Shown piece by piece: positions 58,271-64,000 of a DNA stretch of 64,000 nucleotides (position 1 is its first letter; each line of letters starts with the position of its first letter). The stretch is from Fidelibacterota bacterium (lineage in GTDB: Bacteria > Fidelibacterota > Marinisomatia > Marinisomatales > Marinisomataceae): assembly GCA_965212055.1 (NCBI GenBank), contig OZ243041.1, positions 608,001 to 672,000 of the forward strand. The letters are read 5' to 3'. Made by a program: the position numbers and the translations under genes. Under the pieces are notes generated by a model. It did not search any database, was not told the DNA's origin, and saw only the letters and a list, made by a program, of their open reading frames with translations.

Positions 58271-59537
58271 CTAGTATCTCTGATATTAATTTTTTAGTTG
58301 ATCCGAGATTGTTATCAATAACATTTTTGGATGCATCGCTCGCAGACAAATAAAAATCTCTATCTAAGAGTTTATTAAATGTATGCATTAATTCTTCAGA
58401 TGAACTTACCTCAAACGCGGCTGATTTATTTAATAACTGGCTTGCTTCTAGGAAATTTGAATTCGAATGATTTGGACCAAAAATAACAGGATTACCAGCA
58501 ACCGCTGGTTCCATAATATTATGAATTCCATTCTTTGAAAATCCCCCGCCAACATAAGCAATATATGCTTGCCAATATAATTTATATAGAATCCCAACTG
58601 TATTGATGATAATAATGCTTGCTTCAATATTTCTTAGATCCATATATGTATCAACAATCTTATAGGATAAATTATTTTCCTCTACTTGGTCTATATAATA
58701 ATTAGTTATGCTATCTGATAATTCATGTGGAACAAGAACAATTTTTGAAGATTCATTATTTTTTAATAAATCAAATATTTTTGGAAACAAAATTGAATGG
58801 TCTTCTGGCCATAGGCTTGCAAATAAGAACAATTTTTTTTGGATTCTCTTATCATAAGAAAGCTTGATATCAACTTCTTGTGATTTATTACTAGCTACAT
58901 CAAAACGAGGATTTCCCATAGCCACAAATTTTTTATCATTAATAATTTTTCTAAGATTACTTAAATCCTTTGTAGAAACAGTAAAAATTTGATCAATTGA
59001 TTGATAGGTAGATTTATATAAGCTTCTTCCCAGAAGAGACAGTTTAAAGCTATTAGAATGAATTCTTAGCGATATTAGCATAGTTTTGATGTTTAATAAT
59101 TGAGATATAAAAACAATATTCGGCCAAACATCATAAGATGCAAAAATTAATTTTGAAGGTTGAACAATCTTCAAAGACCTATACAAAGATAAAAAGAAAT
59201 CAAACGGCAGATAAATCTTACAATCAATATTTTCATTATGGACATTATTAAATCCAGATGGAGAAAAGAAAGATACAATAACCCCTTTATTTTTATCTCT
59301 TTTTATTTCTTCAATTATAGATTGAATTTGCTGGAATTCTCCATGAGATGAGACATGAAACCAATAAATGTCTGAGAAAGAAGTATTATTTTTAAAATCA
59401 GCTAATCTTTTTCTAGTTTTCAATCTACCGATAAAACCATCTCTAATTTTCTTATTAAATGGAATGAGTAGAATAGTCAGAATAAAGAATAAGGGATAAA
59501 GAATTAGATTGTATAATATAAACCAAAACAATCTCAT
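58263..59537 (-). CDS. waaA: Kdo transferase
   Basis: WFHVSSHGE, YLPFD, GNPRFD, VPHE and YVGGGF...HNIMEPA..G.PV.FGP motifs. Confidence 0.92.
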   Translation of the reverse strand: MRLFWFILYNLILYPLFFILTILLIPFNKKIRDGFIGRLKTRKRLADFKNNTSFSDIYWFHVSSHGEFQQIQSIIEEIKRDKNKGVIVSFFSPSGFNNVHNENIDCKIYLPFDFFLSLYRSLKIVQPSKLIFASYDVWPNIVFISQLLNIKTMLISLRIHSNSFKLSLLGRSLYKSTYQSIDQIFTVSTKDLSNLRKIINDKKFVAMGNPRFDVASNKSQEVDIKLSYDKRIQKKLFLFASLWPEDHSILFPKIFDLLKNNESSKIVLVPHELSDSITNYYIDQVEENNLSYKIVDTYMDLRNIEASIIIINTVGILYKLYWQAYIAYVGGGFSKNGIHNIMEPAVAGNPVIFGPNHSNSNFLEASQLLNKSAAFEVSSSEELMHTFNKLLDRDFYLSASDASKNVIDNNLGSTKKLISEILDE

Positions 59538-60535
59538 GATTTTACAACCTGATTTAAGTTATTAAAGACAACATTGCTATCAATTGTTGACAAACAATAT
59601 TGTTCTTTTCTATAACATTTTCTACTACCATTCTGAGAGCATGGCCTACACCATAAACTATCATTTTCTACAATTCTAGAATTATTCAAAACAACATTTG
59701 CACCAGTTTCCTTTGATGTAGGTCCTAAAATCATTGTAACAGGAGTGTCAAGTGCTTCAGAAATATGCAATAAGCCTGTATCGCTACCTATGGTATGATT
59801 GGATAGCTTGAGAATTGACATTGCCATTCTTAATGTTGTTTCACCTTTAAGATTAATAATTCTATCATGTGTTGAAAGTTGATCACAGATGATATCTTTT
59901 TTGGACCCAAGAATAACAACTTTAAATGAAAATGTATTCAGAATTCTATCAATTAAATCATTATAATTTTTAACAGACCATTGCTTTTGTTTCCACGCAG
60001 CACCAGGAACAATTGTAATAAATTTCTCATTGACACCATTACTAGATAAATATTGTTTTGTTTCTTCTATCTCACTATTAGAGACACTTAATTTAGTTTT
60101 TGGCAAATTTTTAGTCATATCTAGTAAAGAATGATACATTTTAATGTGTGAAAAATCTTTTTTGAAAAAATTTTGATATGTATAGAATAGTAACCATCTT
60201 TTTAAACGTGGTTTTCGAATCTGTTTAAAAGAAGAGACTTTAAAAAAAAATGATAAAAGTTTTGTTCTAAAGACATTATGTATATCATATACAGCATCAT
60301 AATTCTTATGTTTTAGCGCTTTGCCAACAGAAATAAGGCCATTAATCCCAGATTGCTTATCATAAGTAATAATATTATCAATTAGAGGATGATGGTGAAC
60401 AATATCAGAGAATTCTTCCTTGACAAGAAAGTCAATTTGTGAATTAGGAAATTTATTCTTTACTGACTCAATAAATGACGTTGATAAAACAATATCCCCA
60501 ATTGAACTCATTCTGATAATAAGAATTTTCTTCAT
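59534..60535 (-). CDS. GT9 LPS heptosyltransferase (WaaF-like)
   Basis: IIRMSSIGDIVL, PGA....KQW, DTGLLHI and CRPCS motifs. Confidence 0.9.
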   Translation of the reverse strand: MKKILIIRMSSIGDIVLSTSFIESVKNKFPNSQIDFLVKEEFSDIVHHHPLIDNIITYDKQSGINGLISVGKALKHKNYDAVYDIHNVFRTKLLSFFFKVSSFKQIRKPRLKRWLLFYTYQNFFKKDFSHIKMYHSLLDMTKNLPKTKLSVSNSEIEETKQYLSSNGVNEKFITIVPGAAWKQKQWSVKNYNDLIDRILNTFSFKVVILGSKKDIICDQLSTHDRIINLKGETTLRMAMSILKLSNHTIGSDTGLLHISEALDTPVTMILGPTSKETGANVVLNNSRIVENDSLWCRPCSQNGSRKCYRKEQYCLSTIDSNVVFNNLNQVVKS

Positions 60536-61260
60536 TACTCTTCTTGATTAAATAACCTATTCGCAAACCAGGAAATAAAAATACTAATCTCATATAGAAT
60601 GACCATTGGAATAGACATAATTATTAAGCTTATAGGATCTGGAGGAGTAATAATAGCCGACAATATAACAGTAATCATGATTGCTTCTCTTCTATATCGT
60701 CTTAAAAAATCAGGAGTGACAATACCAATGGATGAGAAAAGGAATGAAACAACTGGTAATTCAAAAATTAGACCTGAACCAATAATTAATGCTAAAACAA
60801 AACTAAAATATCTATGAATATCAAAGTTATTAGCAATATTTTCAGTTACCATCCCTGCAAAAAAATTTAAAGAATATGGAAGAATTACCATGTAAGCAAA
60901 GATACCTCCTATAATAAAACATAGAAAAGCTGTTATTATAAGAGGAAGCAATATTTTTTGTTCTTTGTCATAGAGTCCTGGAGAAACAAATTTCCAGATT
61001 TGAACAGTTATGACTGGAATGGACAAAATTACTCCTCCAATAAGAGCAAGATTCCACTTTAACATGAACATACCTTGAGGAGTAAGTGTCTGCAAATTGA
61101 TTCCTCTATTATCAGCAGGATCTGTAAGAATATAAACTAAATAATCTGCAAAATTAAAAGTAAGAATAGCCATTACCAAGATTGAAGCTAGAGATTTTAG
61201 TATTCTCCATCTTAATTCCTCAAGATGGTTAATAAGACTCATATCTTTGGAATTATTCAT
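60535..61260 (-). CDS. tatC: Twin-arginine translocase subunit TatC
   Basis: HLEELRWR, W.FVSPGLY..E, FELP and AIITPPDP motifs. Confidence 0.97.
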   Translation of the reverse strand: MNNSKDMSLINHLEELRWRILKSLASILVMAILTFNFADYLVYILTDPADNRGINLQTLTPQGMFMLKWNLALIGGVILSIPVITVQIWKFVSPGLYDKEQKILLPLIITAFLCFIIGGIFAYMVILPYSLNFFAGMVTENIANNFDIHRYFSFVLALIIGSGLIFELPVVSFLFSSIGIVTPDFLRRYRREAIMITVILSAIITPPDPISLIIMSIPMVILYEISIFISWFANRLFNQEE

Positions 61261-62198
61261 TATAAATCTTTTATTTTATCAACCATATCATAGGGTGATT
61301 CGAGTTTAGTATCTTTTGTATTCATTTTCTTAATAAATTTCTTTCTCTTCTCTGTCCAAAAACCTTCAATAATATCATTTTCGATAATATTCTTTACTCT
61401 TCTAGAAAAACGTAACATCTGACGAGATTTTACACTTTCATTCTTGTTTATTGAACTATAAAATTTAATTAATGCATTTGCAAACACTTCAACTCCATCA
61501 CCGGTTTTACAACTGGTTTTAAAAATTGGGATTTGAGAAGCATCTTTCTTTGTTGATGAAATAATATTCTTTATTGATCGTACCATTAAGTTTGCATCTT
61601 CTCTATCATATTTATTCACAACAAATATATCTGCTAATTCTAATATGCCTGCTTTCAATAATTGAATTTCATCCCCTGATTCCGGGACAAATACTAATGC
61701 AGTCAAATCTGTAATCTCAGAAACACTATATTCTGATTGTCCAACTCCAACTGTCTCAATAAAGACAATATCTTTGCCGCTAAAGGCAAGAATATCAGAA
61801 AAATCTTCAGCAAGCTCCGTAATGCCCCCTAATTCAGCACGTGAACCCATACTTCTAACGAATACATCTTTATCATCAATCGCATTCTTTATTCGTACAC
61901 GATCACCCAAAAATGATCCACCTGTAATTGGACTAGAAGGATCAATTGCAATAACACCGACAGATAATTTATTATCTCTCAATACAGGAATAAGCATATT
62001 CATTAATGAGCTTTTACCAGATCCAGGTGGACCTGTGATACCTATTTTTATAGCATTAAGAGAATCTTTAAAAATATGTTTAGATATCTCACGTCTAGAA
62101 AATTTTCCGGTCTCAATTCCAGTCATAAGTTCTGAAATTGATATAAAATCATTTTTCTTTGCCTTTTCTAATATTTTCTCTAATGTTTTTAAAGCCAC
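61260..62198 (-). CDS. meaB: MeaB/ArgK GTPase (methylmalonyl-CoA mutase chaperone)
   Basis: GITGPPGSGKS, DPSSP..GGSFLGDR, ETVGVGQSE, GDEIQ..KAG and NK.D motifs. Confidence 0.93.
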   Translation of the reverse strand: MALKTLEKILEKAKKNDFISISELMTGIETGKFSRREISKHIFKDSLNAIKIGITGPPGSGKSSLMNMLIPVLRDNKLSVGVIAIDPSSPITGGSFLGDRVRIKNAIDDKDVFVRSMGSRAELGGITELAEDFSDILAFSGKDIVFIETVGVGQSEYSVSEITDLTALVFVPESGDEIQLLKAGILELADIFVVNKYDREDANLMVRSIKNIISSTKKDASQIPIFKTSCKTGDGVEVFANALIKFYSSINKNESVKSRQMLRFSRRVKNIIENDIIEGFWTEKRKKFIKKMNTKDTKLESPYDMVDKIKDL

Positions 62199-62251
62199 CT
62201 ACTAATTTAAGTTGTACAATTTTTAAAACAATAATCAAAACTAGAAATTTA

Positions 62252-62280
62252 TTGACATCGATTTCGGAATAAGATAAGTT
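62252..62280 (+). promoter_or_regulatory. Sigma70-type promoter of rpsT
   Basis: TTGACA-N17-TAAGTT, 13 nt before ATG 62294. Confidence 0.7.
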
Positions 62281-62293
62281 GCGTACGCAATTT

Positions 62294-62551
62294 ATGGATA
62301 GACATAAACAACAAATAAAACGCGATAGACAAGATTTAAAACGCAGAGAAATTAATTCTCAAAATAAATCTAGAATGAGGACATTAATTAAAAGTGTTCT
62401 TTCTGAAAAAGATGCTAATAAAGCAAAAGATCTATATGGAAGTGCTGTATCTTTTATAGACAAAATGGCTAGCAAAAATCTAATTCATAAAAACAATGCT
62501 GCTAGACAAAAATCAAAAATTACTAATCACTTAAATTCTTTAAGTAAATAA
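62294..62551 (+). CDS. rpsT: 30S ribosomal protein S20
   Basis: KSRMRTLIK and IDKMASKNLIHKNNAARQKSKI motifs. Start 62294; the track start at 62279 lies within the -10 box. Confidence 0.95.
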   Translation: MDRHKQQIKRDRQDLKRREINSQNKSRMRTLIKSVLSEKDANKAKDLYGSAVSFIDKMASKNLIHKNNAARQKSKITNHLNSLSK

Positions 62552-64000
62552 TTATTTATTACTACGGCCTTGATAATTTGGCGCTTCTTTAATAATGCTC
62601 ACCTCATGCGGATGATTTTCTTTCACACCTGCAGAAGAAATTTGTATAAATTTTTTGTTCTTATGAAATAATTTAAGATTCTTAGCACCACAATACCCCA
62701 TGGATGATTTTAAACCACCAATTAATTGAAAAATTGTATTTTTGACAGGACCTCTAAAAGGTACCATACCTTCGATTCCTTCTGGGACAAGTTTTAACTC
62801 ATCTTTCTCTTGTTGAAAGTACCTATCTCCTCCACCTTCTTTCATTGCAGCCAATGAACCCATACCTCGGTAAGATTTATATCTTCTTCCTTCGTAAACA
62901 ATAGTTTCACCAGGACTTTCATCCATTCCTGCCAGCACACCACCTAACATAACAACATTTGCGCCCGCTGCTAATGATTTCGCAATATCACCGCTAAATC
63001 TTATTCCACCATCTGCCACAATTGGAACATTATGCTTCTTTGCAGCTTCTACACAGTCAATAATAGCAGATAATTGGGGAACACCAACACCTGAAACAAT
63101 TCTTGTTGTACAACTCGAACCAGCACCAATACCAACCTTAACACAATCAGCACCAGCCTTGATTAAATCGATTGTTGCTTCAGCGGTTGCTACATTACCA
63201 GCTATAATTTCTAACTTAGGAAATTTCTTTTTAATCTTTTTTACCAAATCTAAAACATACACCGAATGACCATGTGCAGTATCAACTACAACTGCATCAA
63301 TTTCAACCTTAACAAGGGCAGATATTCTTTCGCTCCAGTCCTCTCTAACGCTTACTGCGGCTGCAACACGTAGTCTTCCCTTTTTATCTTTCGAAGAGTG
63401 AGGAAATTCTTCTTTCTTCGTAATATCTTTTACAGTAATAAGGCCAGCTAAATTCTTTTTACTATCAACAACCAACAAACGTTCAATACGATGTTTTTGT
63501 AAAATTGATTTTGCTTTTTCGTTCGTTGTATCTGGCTTAACAGTAACAAGATTTTTAGAAGTCATTCGATCTTTTACTAACACATCTAAATCTTGTTCAA
63601 ACCTAATATCTCTTTTTGTGATTATTCCGACTAATTTATTGTTTGAAAGAACTGGCAATCCACCAATAGAGTATTGTTCCATTAGTTGTTTTGCATCTCG
63701 AATTGATTTGTTCTTATCCAACGTAATTGGATTGGTAATCATACCGCTTTCATACCGCTTTACCTTATCAACCATTAATGCCTGTTCTTCAATGGTTAGA
63801 TTCTTATGTATGACTCCAATGCCTCCTTGTCTAGCAAGAGCAATGGCCATCTTTGATTCAGTCACAGTATCCATTGCTGCACTCATAACTGGAATATTTA
63901 ACTTAATATTTTTTGTTAAAAATGTGGAACAATCAACTTCTTTTGGAAGCACAGACGATTTTTGAGGTACTAATAGTACATCATCAAACGTTAGAGTTTT
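62552..64000 (-). CDS. guaB: IMP dehydrogenase with CBS pair; 5' end beyond the window
   Basis: Frame stays open to 64000 (KTLTFDDVLLVP...); SAAMDTVT, DTAHGH, KVGIGAGSSCTTR, ADGGI, YRGMGS and PEGIEG motifs. Confidence 0.98.
   Translation of the reverse strand, partial: KTLTFDDVLLVPQKSSVLPKEVDCSTFLTKNIKLNIPVMSAAMDTVTESKMAIALARQGGIGVIHKNLTIEEQALMVDKVKRYESGMITNPITLDKNKSIRDAKQLMEQYSIGGLPVLSNNKLVGIITKRDIRFEQDLDVLVKDRMTSKNLVTVKPDTTNEKAKSILQKHRIERLLVVDSKKNLAGLITVKDITKKEEFPHSSKDKKGRLRVAAAVSVREDWSERISALVKVEIDAVVVDTAHGHSVYVLDLVKKIKKKFPKLEIIAGNVATAEATIDLIKAGADCVKVGIGAGSSCTTRIVSGVGVPQLSAIIDCVEAAKKHNVPIVADGGIRFSGDIAKSLAAGANVVMLGGVLAGMDESPGETIVYEGRRYKSYRGMGSLAAMKEGGGDRYFQQEKDELKLVPEGIEGMVPFRGPVKNTIFQLIGGLKSSMGYCGAKNLKLFHKNKKFIQISSAGVKENHPHEVSIIKEAPNYQGRSNK

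Noticed and set aside
63100..63140. Variant GuaB active-site loop GAGSSCTT suggesting GMP reductase or altered function
   Set aside because: Catalytic Cys and the mobile-flap RY (GGDRYFQ) typical of IMPDH are retained; the substitutions look like ordinary divergence.
2821..63965. Many short track ORFs nested in or antisense to real genes (e.g. 2821-3084, 7875-8285, 30659-31003, 44885-45256, 61774-62205, 63618-63965)
   Set aside because: They are shadow frames of well-supported genes, with no motifs, signals or independent initiation context.
1..64000. CRISPR array, rRNA, IS element or long DNA repeats
   Set aside because: No regularly spaced repeats, GC-rich rRNA-like tract or transposase seen; no intergenic gap exceeds about 250 bp.

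Overview
AT-rich, very densely packed bacterial chromosome segment. Most genes lie on the minus strand and many abut or overlap by 1-20 bp. The gene neighbourhoods (N-terminal-only glycogen-synthase domain next to a DUF4270-like lipoprotein and a FadL-like OMP; a sigma54-type AAA+ protein next to lptE; GWxTD and DUF4837 proteins) point to a Gram-negative FCB-group organism. A streamlined marine Marinimicrobia/SAR406-type genome is plausible, but this is inference only. Core content: mreBCD-mrdA-rodA, trxAB, tyrS, smpB, accA, lepA, nadE, asnS, uvrB, waaA, tatC, meaB, rpsT, guaB, and two tRNAs without encoded CCA (Gly-GCC, Ala-GGC). The middle (about 15.7-42.8 kb) is more accessory. It holds an integrase-derived protein lacking its catalytic domain next to tRNA-Gly, exported phosphoesterase-like proteins, an ECF sigma operon, a triply frameshifted membrane-protein gene, a 10-gene shikimate/Phe/Tyr operon, an IDO-like heme dioxygenase and a DPP-IV with an acidic insertion. 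The best signal missing from the ORF track is a 19-codon leader peptide (MKSNQNFYYYFNGRGYVGT). It has mutually exclusive antiterminator and terminator hairpins and looks like a leaderless Phe/Tyr attenuator controlling the whole aromatic operon. Many operon-first genes also look leaderless, with a TAAATT-like -10 box 5-8 nt before the start codon. No rRNA, CRISPR array or intact mobile element was seen. All product calls come from motif recognition by eye, not database searches.
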